Shown: in pieces, positions 20,357-30,231 of the stretch | Layout of the letters: each line of letters begins with the position of its first letter | How positions within the stretch are numbered: position 1 is the stretch's first letter | The notes under the pieces: generated by a model | Told to the model about the DNA's origin: nothing | Database searches by the model: none | Seen by the model: only the letters and a program-made list of their open reading frames with translations | Program-made: the position numbers and the translations under genes | Assembly: GCA_018401015.1 (NCBI GenBank) | Contig: JAGYLP010000001.1 | Location: 206,463 to 270,462, forward strand | Reading direction: 5' to 3' | Origin: Bacteroidales bacterium | Lineage (GTDB): Bacteria > Bacteroidota > Bacteroidia > Bacteroidales > M50B96 | Length of the DNA: 64,000 nucleotides

Positions 20357-21523
20357 TTATGCTTTAACAGCAAATCTTTTCATTCTACGCTTAACGTGAC
20401 CTTTCACCACATAGTAATCGATAAGTGGAGCAAAGACGTTAACCAACAGAATGGCTAACATAACGCCTTCGGGATAAGCCGGATTGACCACACGAACCAG
20501 AATGGCGATAAAGCCACCCAGGAATCCATAAATCCACTTGCCGCGTTCGGTTTGAGCAGCGGTTACCGGATCGGTAATCATGAAGACTGCACCAAAAGCA
20601 AAGCCGCCTAAGAATAAATGCTGATAGGCTGGTAACGACATGTAAGGATTGGTGTCGGTAGCAAAGACATTGAGCAAGGTTCCCATTAAAAATCCTCCTA
20701 CGACGAAGGATAGCATGATTTTCCAGTTTCCTACTCCGGTGTAGAGCAAGATGAGGGCGCCAATCAGGATGGCAAAAGTGGAAGTTTCTCCGATGGATCC
20801 GATAATAGTTCCGAAAAACATCTCAGCTACGCTGGGTAAATTTTGCATGTTACCGGCTGCAGCTTCTGCTAAGGCAGTGGCGCCGGAATAACCATCAACA
20901 ATGCCTTCGCCCTGACTTAGTCCTTCGACCCAAATTTTATCGCCCGACATTTGAGCGGGATAGGCAAAAAACAGAAAGGCACGCGCTGTAAGAGCCGGGT
21001 TTACAATGTTCATACCCGTTCCTCCAAAGACTTCTTTCCCGATGATAACGGCAAAAGCAGTGGCTAGAGCTACCATCCAAAGCGGTACATCGACCGGAAC
21101 AATAAGTGGAATTAACATCCCGGAGACCAGGAAGCCTTCGTTCACCTCGTGATGACGCACTTGCGCAAAAGCGAATTCAATTCCTAACCCGGTTACGTAG
21201 CTAACAACGATGATGGGTAAGACTTTAATCAAACCAAAAAGGAAGCTATCCATAATCGACCAGGTTTCACCAATCGAAATGGAATGCTGAAGACCTACGT
21301 TATACATTCCAAATAAGAGGGCCGGAATCATGGCCAATACCACGATAACCATGGTACGTTTCAAATCCATGTAGTCGCGAACGTGCGAGCCAACATGGGT
21401 GGTCTTATTGGGAACAAAGAGAAAGGTTTCGAAAGCTTCAAATGTTGATTCTAATTTGGCTAGTTTACCTCCCTTTGAGAAGGTCGGCTTTAATTGATCA
21501 ACAATTTTTCTTAATCCGTCCAT
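20357..21523 (-). CDS. nqrB: Na+-NQR subunit B (covalent FMN)
   Basis: 388-aa polytopic membrane protein with the flavinylation motif YSGATALA. Confidence 0.9.
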   Translation of the reverse strand: MDGLRKIVDQLKPTFSKGGKLAKLESTFEAFETFLFVPNKTTHVGSHVRDYMDLKRTMVIVVLAMIPALLFGMYNVGLQHSISIGETWSIMDSFLFGLIKVLPIIVVSYVTGLGIEFAFAQVRHHEVNEGFLVSGMLIPLIVPVDVPLWMVALATAFAVIIGKEVFGGTGMNIVNPALTARAFLFFAYPAQMSGDKIWVEGLSQGEGIVDGYSGATALAEAAAGNMQNLPSVAEMFFGTIIGSIGETSTFAILIGALILLYTGVGNWKIMLSFVVGGFLMGTLLNVFATDTNPYMSLPAYQHLFLGGFAFGAVFMITDPVTAAQTERGKWIYGFLGGFIAILVRVVNPAYPEGVMLAILLVNVFAPLIDYYVVKGHVKRRMKRFAVKA

Positions 21524-21558
21524 AATACTATTCTATGTTGTGTTTTTTTTGATCTCGA

Positions 21559-22905
21559 TTAACTCAATTCCTTAATCATCAAGTTTAATCCGTTACGGAT
21601 AATCTCTTGTGAATCAATTTTCGACGTGCAAACAAATTCACACAAGGCGAAATCTTCTTCAATTACTTCGTAAATGCCCAGCTGTTCCATCGCATCGATA
21701 TCTTCGGCTAAAATGGCTTTGAGTAATTGAACAGGCATTACCTCCATTGGAACAACCTTATTGTACTCGCCGCTCATTACAAAAGCGCGTTCGCCACCGT
21801 GATAGTTGGTGTCGAGTCGGTATTCTTTATTGGGAGTAAGCCACGAGAAGAAGGTTCGTGAGGTAGAGAATTTGCCGAAACCGGGCAAGGCCCAGCCAAA
21901 GAGTTCGTAATAATCGCCTTCGGGGATGACGCTAAGCAAGGAATCGTAAAATCCTAAGAAGTTAGATTTTGAAATTTTAGTGCCGGTAAGCACGTTGCCA
22001 CTAATGTAGCGAACATTTCCGTCCTTAATATTTGCAGCTACTATCTCCTTAATGCTGGCTCCGAGCGTTGTTTTGTAGTATTGAGGTTTAATGACTTCTG
22101 AGCCTGCCAATGCCACAATTTTTTCGGCAATCAGATGACCGTTTTCTAAGCTGCGACCGATCATAGCTACTTCCTGTGGACCAACTGTCCAAGCCGTTTC
22201 GCCTTTATTAATAGGTGCAATGTGGTGGATCTGAATGCCTACATTTCCTGCCGGATGAGGGCCTGCGAATGTATGTAGTTTTGCATTTTTTACTTGCTTT
22301 AACGGACTGTCTTGTCCGGCTGGGAGGGAAACATGAACAGGAGCTCCACTCATTTTTGCCAGCAAATCGATTCCTGTTTGGAAGCTGCTAAGCTGATCTT
22401 TCAGGATGAAAGCATAATCGGGTGCTAAAGGAGCCGAATCGAACCCACTGATAAAAATTGCTTTGGGCTTAGTTTCCGGATTGGCGATAATGCCATAAGG
22501 ACGCTGTTTGATAAAGGGCCATAAACCCATGCCCAACAGGTTCTCTTTTATTTCGTCGGCACTTAACGTTGCAGCTGACCCCTTTTTGAATTCCAGGACA
22601 TCGTGCTTGCCATCCGATTCGATCACAACTTCTAAAATTCTGCGGCGTTCACCGCGATTTACTGCTACCACTTTGCCACTAACCGGCGAAGTGAATTTAA
22701 TCTCCGGACGATACTTATCCTGAAATAGTGCGGTACCAACTTTCACTTCATCGTCGACCCGAACCAGAAGTTTCGGCGTTAGGTTGTGAAAATCAGTAGG
22801 TTTGATAGCAAATAAATCAGACGACTTGGAAACTTGAAGGGTATGTTCGGCTTTCCCGACCATTTTAATGTCCAATCCCTTCTTAATCTTTACAACTTCT
22901 GACAT
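21559..22905 (-). CDS. nqrA: Na+-NQR subunit A
   Basis: 448-aa soluble subunit and first gene of the operon. The N-terminus (KIKKGLDIK..G) is typical of NqrA. Confidence 0.9.
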   Translation of the reverse strand: MSEVVKIKKGLDIKMVGKAEHTLQVSKSSDLFAIKPTDFHNLTPKLLVRVDDEVKVGTALFQDKYRPEIKFTSPVSGKVVAVNRGERRRILEVVIESDGKHDVLEFKKGSAATLSADEIKENLLGMGLWPFIKQRPYGIIANPETKPKAIFISGFDSAPLAPDYAFILKDQLSSFQTGIDLLAKMSGAPVHVSLPAGQDSPLKQVKNAKLHTFAGPHPAGNVGIQIHHIAPINKGETAWTVGPQEVAMIGRSLENGHLIAEKIVALAGSEVIKPQYYKTTLGASIKEIVAANIKDGNVRYISGNVLTGTKISKSNFLGFYDSLLSVIPEGDYYELFGWALPGFGKFSTSRTFFSWLTPNKEYRLDTNYHGGERAFVMSGEYNKVVPMEVMPVQLLKAILAEDIDAMEQLGIYEVIEEDFALCEFVCTSKIDSQEIIRNGLNLMIKELS

Positions 22906-22942
22906 GTTAAGCTTTTGATTTTATTAATTTTAGCACAAAGCA

Positions 22943-22950
22943 CAAAAATA
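22943..22950 (-). promoter_or_regulatory. Candidate -7 box (TATTTTTG on minus strand) for the nqr operon
   Basis: The plus strand reads CAAAAATA, so the minus strand matches TAnnTTTG. It lies 38-45 nt upstream of the nqrA ATG. Confidence 0.3.
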
Positions 22951-23006
22951 ATACTTTTAAGAATCCTTAAGATTGATTCCGGCTAATATTTGCATATCTA
23001 AAAGAG

Positions 23007-23014
23007 TACATTTG
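23007..23014 (+). promoter_or_regulatory. Candidate -7 box (TACATTTG) for the plug-like gene
   Basis: Exact TAnnTTTG match 79 nt upstream of the ATG at 23093. It overlaps the left arm of the palindrome at 23012-23029. Confidence 0.3.
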
Positions 23015-23029
23015 TCAATATTTTGACAA
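23012..23029. promoter_or_regulatory. Perfect inverted repeat TTGTCAA-TATT-TTGACAA, a possible transcription-factor operator
   Basis: 7-bp arms with a 4-bp spacer, read directly from the sequence. It lies in the divergent nqrA / plug-like intergenic region. Confidence 0.3.
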
Positions 23030-23092
23030 TTAGATAGTTTAAGAATTTATTCTGCTTAAAAACATAGTTTTACCCCATCAAATAAAGGGTTT

Positions 23093-24379
23093 ATGACCAT
23101 TCTTCCTTCTTTCCTCTATTCCGCCTTGCTGTTCCTTTTTTTATTCCTTCCCGATTGGAGCTTACCTCAAGAAAATCAAGGGCTTACTTTCTATCCTGAT
23201 GGAATAGCCGGAATTCAGATAGCTCCGCTTGCTGCACCCGATAATTATCCTGTAATACGTTTAAATTCCGAGGAACAAATCCTATTATCATTCGACGATC
23301 TTTACGGAGAGGTTGCCCCCTTTCACTATCAAATTCGACATGTTAATCCCGATAATGAAACTTCGCAATTGTTTCCTTACGAGTATCAAACCGGATTTGA
23401 ACGAAATCCAATTACCTCTTATCAGTTTTCGCGCAACACGCACCAGAGTTATGTTCATTATGAGTTAAAACTGCCCAACGAGGAGGTAAGCCTTCTTCTT
23501 TCAGGAAAATATGCAGTGGATGTTTTAGAATCGGCCGATGCTGAAACACCTTTGTTTACCCGATACTTTTATGTATCGGAGCAAGGTGCAGAGGTCGAAA
23601 TGACGGTTCAACCCAGCTCTTTTCCGGAGCTTATGCGAAGCCATCAGGAACTAGGACTGAAAATCAGTACGCGCGAAGCACTTATGGAGCCGTTTAGCCG
23701 GGTGCAACTCCATGTGGTTCAGAATAATAACCCCTATAATGCACGTAAAGATTTGCAGCCAAGCTTCGTTCAGGGAAAGGATTTTGTGTATCGCGATGTG
23801 AGTAAAATGCAGTGGCCCGGTGGTAATGAATTCCGGTTTTTCAATACCAACGACCACCGATATAAACCTAGCCAGGTGTTCGAAATAAGTTTCCTGAATA
23901 ATCGATTCCATTTTTTTCTGGAACCATCGGTGGTTCGTCAATTTAAGCGCTTTGAGGCTTATTCCGATTTCGACGGACGATTCCGCATCGATAATGCTCA
24001 TGCTGAAAACCCTCAGCTGGAAGCAGATTACGTGCAAGTACATTTTGCTCTCCCTATGGATGCTCCTTTAGTTAATGAGGAGATTTTCATTTTGGGACAA
24101 ATGAATGAATGGCAAGTTGAAAAGAAGTATCAATTGGAATATAACTATCGGACTAAACGCTATGAAAAATCGGTTTATTTAAAGCAAGGGTACTATAATT
24201 ACCTCTACGCCGTTCGACCGCTCGATTCCGATTCACTCGATTTTGAACGACTGGAAGGGAGTCATGCTCAAACCGGTAATATGTATCAGCTTTATTTATT
24301 CTACGAAGATCCGGCACGATATGTTCGGCTAATTCATTTTCAAACCGTTCATTCTGCTGCTAATTCCGATACTTATTAA
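23093..24379 (+). CDS. DUF5103 / T9SS plug-protein-like secreted protein
   Basis: 428 aa with a signal peptide. The N-terminal region (VIRLNSEEQILLSFDDLYGE...YQIRHVNPDNE...YQFSRNTHQSYVHYELKLPNE...SGKYAVDV) matches my recollection of the DUF5103 (T9SS_plug) family pattern. Not verified by HMM. Confidence 0.55.
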   Translation: MTILPSFLYSALLFLFLFLPDWSLPQENQGLTFYPDGIAGIQIAPLAAPDNYPVIRLNSEEQILLSFDDLYGEVAPFHYQIRHVNPDNETSQLFPYEYQTGFERNPITSYQFSRNTHQSYVHYELKLPNEEVSLLLSGKYAVDVLESADAETPLFTRYFYVSEQGAEVEMTVQPSSFPELMRSHQELGLKISTREALMEPFSRVQLHVVQNNNPYNARKDLQPSFVQGKDFVYRDVSKMQWPGGNEFRFFNTNDHRYKPSQVFEISFLNNRFHFFLEPSVVRQFKRFEAYSDFDGRFRIDNAHAENPQLEADYVQVHFALPMDAPLVNEEIFILGQMNEWQVEKKYQLEYNYRTKRYEKSVYLKQGYYNYLYAVRPLDSDSLDFERLEGSHAQTGNMYQLYLFYEDPARYVRLIHFQTVHSAANSDTY

Positions 24380-25250
24380 GCAGAATGCCCAAGAGTATGA
24401 GGAGCAACCCGACAAAAGTGGATGTATAAATGCTTTCGCCGAGAATGAGGTGGATAAAAATGAGCGAAAGAAAGGGCGATAAATAGACCAACTGAGCAAT
24501 TTTAGCCGTTGAGCTGCTTAAGCTTAACGCACGCATCCAGAAATAAAACGTGATGCCTAGTTCGAATAATCCAATCCAAAGGATAGAGGCCCAACCACTC
24601 CATTCGGGAAAGCTTAACTCGCCGCGGGTTATCCCCCAAATAAAGGCATAGAAAGCCCCAAAAAGGAAGTTCAGGAGCAGTTTTGGAGCTTCCTCTCGTG
24701 TGTCGCGAGCATTCATGAGCCAGTAAAACGCCCAAACAAACGAACTGACAATGGCCATGAGATCGCCTTGCCAATTACTCAGTTTAAAGTTAAGTAAGTC
24801 GCCTCGAGTTGCAATTACAATAACGCCTGCGAAACTGATTAAGAGATAAAAGAATCCGGCTGGTTTTAAACTTTGTTTTAGAAGCGGGATACTCAACAGC
24901 GTAAGCGAAACGGGCCAGAGATAATTCAGCACTAAGGCTTCCTGCGCCGGCAGCAAAGAGTAGGCTTCTAATAAAATGAGGTAGTACAGAAAAGGATTCA
25001 GAAAACCCAGCAAGGCGGATGAAAGCCATGACTTAGTTCCTAATTGAAAGGCTTTTCGGAGCTTTCCCTGCATTTTTAAAATGATGCCTAAGCTGATAAA
25101 GGCGATGAGCGAAGCGTAAAAAATAATCGTGATGATGGATACTTCGCGCAAGGCTAAGGTAAAAGCTGTTGCAATGGTGGACCACATCAGAACTGCCGTG
25201 AGTCCTAGTTGGGTTGCTTTGGCTTCGCTACCGGGAAATTTCTCTTGCAT
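24360..25250 (-). CDS. EamA/DMT-superfamily transporter
   Basis: 296 aa with ~10 predicted TM helices in two similar halves, typical of EamA-domain permeases. Its 3' end overlaps the convergent gene by 20 nt. Confidence 0.75.
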   Translation of the reverse strand: MQEKFPGSEAKATQLGLTAVLMWSTIATAFTLALREVSIITIIFYASLIAFISLGIILKMQGKLRKAFQLGTKSWLSSALLGFLNPFLYYLILLEAYSLLPAQEALVLNYLWPVSLTLLSIPLLKQSLKPAGFFYLLISFAGVIVIATRGDLLNFKLSNWQGDLMAIVSSFVWAFYWLMNARDTREEAPKLLLNFLFGAFYAFIWGITRGELSFPEWSGWASILWIGLFELGITFYFWMRALSLSSSTAKIAQLVYLSPFLSLIFIHLILGESIYTSTFVGLLLILLGILLNKYRN

Positions 25251-25454
25251 AAAAGCGCTCTTTTCTGTTTAAATAGATTTGCTGGCAAGATACCTTAGTT
25301 TAAGGTTTTTTATTTGTGGCGTTTTCAAAATATTATTTCCTTTGGCCGTCTTTTGGTGGAAAGATTTGATTGATTGCAACCACGCTAAAAAATGCTAAAA
25401 CAGTAGTCTCTCAATTCGCCCCACCTCTTTTTGTGTTATTTAAAATCTCATCCT

Positions 25455-26711
25455 ATGAGTTATTTATTTACATCCGAATCCGTTTCGGAGGGTCATCCCG
25501 ATAAGGTGTCCGATCAAATTAGCGATGCTTTACTCGATCATTTTTTAGCTTTCGATCCGCAATCGAAAGTGGCATGCGAAACCCTGGTTACCTCGGGGCA
25601 GGTCATTTTAGCAGGCGAAGTAAAATCCGCAACTTATGTCGATGTGCAAGAGGTTGCACGCAACGTGATAAAGCAAATTGGTTACACGAAAAGTGAATAT
25701 CGTTTCGACGGTGATTCTTGTGGCGTTCTTTCCGCTATTCACGAGCAAAGCCCCGATATTAATCAAGGGGTTGAACGAACCGATCCAATGGAACAAGGGG
25801 CCGGCGATCAGGGAATGATGTTTGGCTATGCCTGCGACGAAACCGACGATTACATGCCCATTTCACTGGAATTGTCGCACCGTTTGTTATTGGAACTGGC
25901 TAGTATTCGGAAGGAAGGGAAGCAAATGACTTATCTGCGTCCGGATTCAAAATCGCAAGTTACCATTGAATACAACGATGAAAATAAACCGGAGCGAATT
26001 CATACCATTGTGGTCTCGACCCAACACGATGAGTTCGACGAGGATGAGGCCATGTTGGCTAAAATTCGGGAAGATGTATTGAATATCCTCATTCCACGAG
26101 TTAAGGCCGCCCTTCCGGAAAGAGTTCAGGCTTTGTTTACCAACGATTTCATTCTGCATGTTAATCCAACCGGAAAGTTTGTAATTGGTGGTCCTCATGG
26201 TGATACCGGATTAACCGGACGTAAAATAATTGTAGATACCTACGGTGGGAAAGGAGCCCATGGCGGCGGAGCATTTAGTGGAAAAGATCCTTCGAAAGTG
26301 GATCGTTCTGCAGCCTATGCAACGCGTTATATTGCCAAAAATATGGTTGCAGCGGGGCTTGCTTCGGAGGTATTGGTGCAAGTATCCTACGCCATCGGTG
26401 TTGCCCATCCGGTGGGCCTTTTCGTAAATACCTTTGGAACGGCAAAGGTCGATTTAAGCGATGGAGCAATTGCTGAAACCATTATGAAGATTTTCGATTT
26501 GCGTCCGGCGGCCATTGAAAGCTTTTTCAAGCTTCGTGCTCCCATTTACCAGGAAACAGCATCGTACGGGCACATGGGACGTACCCCTCGTACGGTAACC
26601 AAGCATTTTGAATCGCCCTATAACGGAAAGATTTCCAAAGAGGTACGATTGTTTACCTGGGAGGAATTGAGTAGTGTTGAGGTAATTAAAGGTGCATTCG
26701 GCCTAGCCTAA
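25455..26711 (+). CDS. metK: S-adenosylmethionine synthase
   Basis: The ATG at 25455 gives [25 protein letters not shown]. Other motifs are [12 protein letters not shown] and [19 protein letters not shown]. The listed TTG start at 25431 is unlikely. Confidence 0.95.
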   Translation: MSYLFTSESVSEGHPDKVSDQISDALLDHFLAFDPQSKVACETLVTSGQVILAGEVKSATYVDVQEVARNVIKQIGYTKSEYRFDGDSCGVLSAIHEQSPDINQGVERTDPMEQGAGDQGMMFGYACDETDDYMPISLELSHRLLLELASIRKEGKQMTYLRPDSKSQVTIEYNDENKPERIHTIVVSTQHDEFDEDEAMLAKIREDVLNILIPRVKAALPERVQALFTNDFILHVNPTGKFVIGGPHGDTGLTGRKIIVDTYGGKGAHGGGAFSGKDPSKVDRSAAYATRYIAKNMVAAGLASEVLVQVSYAIGVAHPVGLFVNTFGTAKVDLSDGAIAETIMKIFDLRPAAIESFFKLRAPIYQETASYGHMGRTPRTVTKHFESPYNGKISKEVRLFTWEELSSVEVIKGAFGLA

Positions 26712-26718
26712 GTAACCG

Positions 26719-27561
26719 ATGCTGGTTGTTAGCACTGTGAGCGAGCTTCAGGAGAAGCATCGACACCTGAAAAAAGCGGGTTCCCGGACAGGTTTTGTGC
26801 CTACGATGGGAGCCCTTCATCCCGGCCATATTTCTTTAGTGGAGGAGTCGGTAAAAGGATGCGACTATACGATTGTGAGTATTTTTGTTAATCCGACTCA
26901 GTTTAATAACCCCGACGATTTCAAACATTACCCGGTTACCATTGAGTCCGATTTGTCGATGCTTCGCGATGCTGGGGTCGATTTAGTTTTTATGCCGGAG
27001 GTAAAAGAGATGTATCCGGAGGAAGATAATCGTGTTTTTGATTTCGGAGGATTGGACCAGGTGATGGAAGGAAAATTTCGTCCGGGTCATTTCAATGGAG
27101 TGGGGCAAATTGTGAGTAAGCTGTTCGACTTTGTGCAGCCGGATGTGGCGTATTTTGGGGAGAAGGATTTCCAGCAATTGGCGATTATTCAGTACATGAC
27201 TCGTGCATTGCATTATCCGATTGAGATTGTTCCGGTACCTACTATGCGCGAGCGAGATGGTTTAGCTATGAGCTCGCGTAACATGCGGCTCACTGCGATT
27301 GAGCGTGAGCAGGCTATTCTGATAAGTCGTGTTTTATTTGAAGCTAAAGAGCGCCGTATACGAGGCGAAGCTTTGGTAGGGATCAAAGCATGGGCTGAGG
27401 GCGAATTTGCAGCTCATCCTATGTTCGAACTCGAGTATTTCGATATTGTCGATGCATTCAGTTTACAAGCCTTACACACTTTCGATGAGAGTGATAACCC
27501 GGTAGCTTGTGTTGCCGCTCACCTAGGCCAGGTTCGGCTCATCGACAATATACGGCTGTAG
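26719..27561 (+). CDS. panC: Pantoate--beta-alanine ligase
   Basis: 280 aa with the PTMGALHPGH motif and the GEKDFQQ and SSRN motifs. Confidence 0.9.
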   Translation: MLVVSTVSELQEKHRHLKKAGSRTGFVPTMGALHPGHISLVEESVKGCDYTIVSIFVNPTQFNNPDDFKHYPVTIESDLSMLRDAGVDLVFMPEVKEMYPEEDNRVFDFGGLDQVMEGKFRPGHFNGVGQIVSKLFDFVQPDVAYFGEKDFQQLAIIQYMTRALHYPIEIVPVPTMRERDGLAMSSRNMRLTAIEREQAILISRVLFEAKERRIRGEALVGIKAWAEGEFAAHPMFELEYFDIVDAFSLQALHTFDESDNPVACVAAHLGQVRLIDNIRL

Positions 27562-27629
27562 TTGATTGCCATAGGTAACTAATTGGGCGGTAAAGTCGGC
27601 TAATTGTTGGTTGTTCCTGGATTGAAGAA

Positions 27630-28337
27630 CTAACAAATAGCCGATTTTCGTTTTTTACCCACTTGTTGTTTGTCGGCTACTTTTTGGATGTAATCGGGTG
27701 CGAAGGGAACTTTGCAGGCAGTGCTGCCCATCGATACGCTTACTTTGCCAATTTGTTCAGCTACTTGGTAAGCGAGGGTATGCAGGGGTTCGAAATAGCT
27801 GCCTACTGCAATGAGGAATCCGTTCATGGTGTAGCGGGTTCGGTTGGGAGCCTCGGCAATGTTTTGTTTAACCCGATCAACTAAGCGCTCGATCAGTGTG
27901 CGGTCGATGTGTTCGTCGGGGGTGATGGAGAGCAGTGAGCTGTAGGTGGCCCAACCGGTGGTTTGGTAGCCTTCGTCGGGGTGGTTGATCCATTCGGCTG
28001 CTAACTCCCACCCAAAGGCGCTCTCGCTGCAAACCCAGGCTACGGTGTATTCGCTAATGTAGTACCAGTAGGCTTTTGAAACCCAATCCTGCAAGTCCTC
28101 ACGAGTCATTTGCGCCGGATCGGCAATGAGTCCGGCAAGATACATGGCATCGCTGTTTCCGGTGTCGAAGAGAGCTTTGGAAAGTGCATAGTCTTTTTTG
28201 ATTTTCTTTTGAAGGATTTTGAGATCGGCTACCTTGACGCCAAAAAAAGGTTCTCTGGCGCCATGTTTCATGAGGGTTTTCTTGGTTTGTTCGCTGCCTC
28301 TGGCTTCGAGCCAGCTCATTACTTCGTTTAAGTCCAT
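27630..28337 (-). CDS. DNA alkylation repair protein (HEAT-like repeat family)
   Basis: The ATG at 28337 gives MDLNEVMSWLEARGSEQTKKTLMKHGAREPFFGVKVADLK, which resembles the DNA_alkylation family N-terminus. The listed longer ORF adds 24 unlikely residues. Confidence 0.65.
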   Translation of the reverse strand: MDLNEVMSWLEARGSEQTKKTLMKHGAREPFFGVKVADLKILQKKIKKDYALSKALFDTGNSDAMYLAGLIADPAQMTREDLQDWVSKAYWYYISEYTVAWVCSESAFGWELAAEWINHPDEGYQTTGWATYSSLLSITPDEHIDRTLIERLVDRVKQNIAEAPNRTRYTMNGFLIAVGSYFEPLHTLAYQVAEQIGKVSVSMGSTACKVPFAPDYIQKVADKQQVGKKRKSAIC

Positions 28338-28478
28338 AGTGGTCGGTTTAACAGGATAAAAAGGATTTTTAAAAGTGCTTTCGTTGGCTAGGTTACTTCG
28401 CTTGAACAAGGAGGGAAATATGGATTCCCTCTTTCTAAAAAAATCGTTTGAACCTGCAGAATATTTGCTCTGTGACTG

Positions 28479-28519
28479 AAAAAAGAAAACACCAAATTAG
28501 CTTGTAATTTGGTGTTTTA
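28479..28519 (-). terminator. Rho-independent terminator after the 525-aa hypothetical gene
   Basis: 12-bp stem AAACACCAAATT (28487-28498) pairing with AATTTGGTGTTT (28506-28517). On the minus strand it is followed by TTTTCTTTTTT. Confidence 0.7.
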
Positions 28520-28545
28520 TGGTGTTTCAAACAAGCACGTGTGCT

Positions 28546-30123
28546 TTATTCAAAGAAGAAGTTTCCGAATTTAATGTCGCTTCCGTCTTGTCCGAAAAAG
28601 AAATAATGTCCGTTGTCGTGGAAAATTAGGTCGCGCTGGATGTTAACGTTTTTGTATTCTTTCCGGAACATTTCAACTTTATCGATATTGCCATCGGGGT
28701 AGATGGTAATTAAGGCAGCGGTTCCACCGGGATTGCTGCGTTCGAAGAATTTAATGTCTTTGGTTTTTTCGTAAGATACTTTACCAAAGTTGCGTGAATT
28801 ATCGTTGAAGAAAATTTTGGTTTTGTTCATATCGGTGGTAACGTAGAAAGATGCGTAGTAACCGAAATCGTCGGTGCTGAATTGGTTTTTGGGGATTTTG
28901 GTCATCCAGCCGGGTTCGTCGTTGTCGGTTATTTCGAGAGCAATGATATCGCCGTGATTATCGTAGTTAATGACGGTTTCTTTTTTGGTTCGTGGTTCCA
29001 CCATGGTTCGCGACGATTGGTAGTGTTGTTCGGTAAGGTAGATAACGCTTCCGTTGTCGAGGAAGGTAACCTGACCGGGCGAGTAGCTGTACCATTCGGC
29101 GGCAGTTGGTCCATTCTTTTCGTTTTTAAATTCGTTCATGAAGTCGCGTTCGCGGGAGAAATCCTTGACGGTTTTAGCGGTGAATTTTTCGAAACGAGGG
29201 ACGAGCTTTTGGTAGTAAAATCCGACAATGGCTGGTGCGGAGCGTTTGGTTGTTTGACCGAACAGGAGAATGTTTTCTTCTGCATCGATCTCGAAAGTAA
29301 TGGAAGAGGGGTTGAGTCGATCGACTTCGATTGGATAAGGTTGAAGTTGTTTTTTTGCGCTATTCCAAACATAGAAGGTGTATTCGTAATTTATTTTAAC
29401 GGGTACTCCGGCGCGTGCTCTGGATCGACGTCGGGTTTCGGGTTCGGCAGCAATAGCCAGGTAGAAGTTTCCGCTCGGTCCTCGATCGACTTTTTCGATG
29501 TTGAATTTTCTTTTGATGAGGTCGGTGAGTTCGATGTTTTGCTGGTCGATTATTTCCAGGTTGGTATCGATTACTTTGAAAACGAGAGGTTCGCCGCTAT
29601 ACACGGTAAATTCGTTGGTATAGAATACGGTAATGTATTTTTTATCGTCGGAAACCATGTATTGGAATCCTTTTTCGAGGCCGGTGTAGGGGATGTTGCC
29701 GAGGAGCAGGGGATGCGAAACCGGGCTGCCATCTTCTTCGATGATGAAGGCATACACTGTTTTGCGTTGTTTTACTCCATCGATTTGAGCTGCCAGCAGG
29801 ATGAGTTTATTTTCCAGGTAGAAAAGATTTTCGAAGGATGTAGGTTTGTTATACACTTCGGGCATGGTGAGTTCGTAGGACATTTCGATGCCGTTGGTAA
29901 TGCGCGAAACGCTTTCGATCCATACTTTCGAGTTTTCGAGTGGAATTCCTTTTTGAACCCGAACAAGGTAATATTTGTCGCGGTCGGAGCCGGCCAGTTT
30001 AAGGTATTTGGTTTCTGTATCGAGTTTGGTACTGCCACCCCATTCCACGTCGAGTGTTTGTGCTTCGGTTTGGAAACCGGAGAAAAGAATGAGCATCAGA
30101 ATAATCCCTGCTAAATGTTTCAT
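28546..30123 (-). CDS. Secreted beta-rich hypothetical protein, no recognisable domain
   Basis: 525 aa with a clear signal peptide (MKHLAGIILMLILFSGFQTEAQ) and normal amino-acid composition. It has its own terminator. The 410-aa plus-strand ORF across it is F/V/G-rich antisense shadow. Confidence 0.6.
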   Translation of the reverse strand: MKHLAGIILMLILFSGFQTEAQTLDVEWGGSTKLDTETKYLKLAGSDRDKYYLVRVQKGIPLENSKVWIESVSRITNGIEMSYELTMPEVYNKPTSFENLFYLENKLILLAAQIDGVKQRKTVYAFIIEEDGSPVSHPLLLGNIPYTGLEKGFQYMVSDDKKYITVFYTNEFTVYSGEPLVFKVIDTNLEIIDQQNIELTDLIKRKFNIEKVDRGPSGNFYLAIAAEPETRRRSRARAGVPVKINYEYTFYVWNSAKKQLQPYPIEVDRLNPSSITFEIDAEENILLFGQTTKRSAPAIVGFYYQKLVPRFEKFTAKTVKDFSRERDFMNEFKNEKNGPTAAEWYSYSPGQVTFLDNGSVIYLTEQHYQSSRTMVEPRTKKETVINYDNHGDIIALEITDNDEPGWMTKIPKNQFSTDDFGYYASFYVTTDMNKTKIFFNDNSRNFGKVSYEKTKDIKFFERSNPGGTAALITIYPDGNIDKVEMFRKEYKNVNIQRDLIFHDNGHYFFFGQDGSDIKFGNFFFE

Positions 30124-30231
30124 AAATGATGTGAATTAAACGGTTGTAAAAACTTTCACTAAAATATTAATTAATCACGGATGCCCTAAATAAGGATTGA
30201 AATTTTTCTTAAAATTCTATTTATGGGGGAC

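Noticed and set aside
25431-25454. N-terminal extensions implied by non-ATG starts in the ORF track: metK TTG 25431, kdsD TTG 49658, the M43 protease ATG 52378, the alkylation-repair gene at 28409 and the EEP gene at 11367.
   Set aside because: Internal ATG starts give canonical N-termini or signal peptides (MSYLFTSE..., MNSELAH..., MQRLLSSIFF..., MDLNEV..., MNRLLPLLLF...). They also remove overlaps with neighbouring genes.
28882-30114. A 410-aa stop-free ORF on the plus strand, entirely antisense to the 525-aa gene. This could be taken for an overlapping gene or as the real coding strand.
   Set aside because: Its translation is F/V/G-rich low-complexity sequence with no signal peptide or motif. 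That is the expected complement of a K/N/E/T-rich gene read in the codon-aligned antisense frame. The minus-strand product has a proper signal peptide, normal composition and a terminator. The same artefact recurs across other genes in this window.
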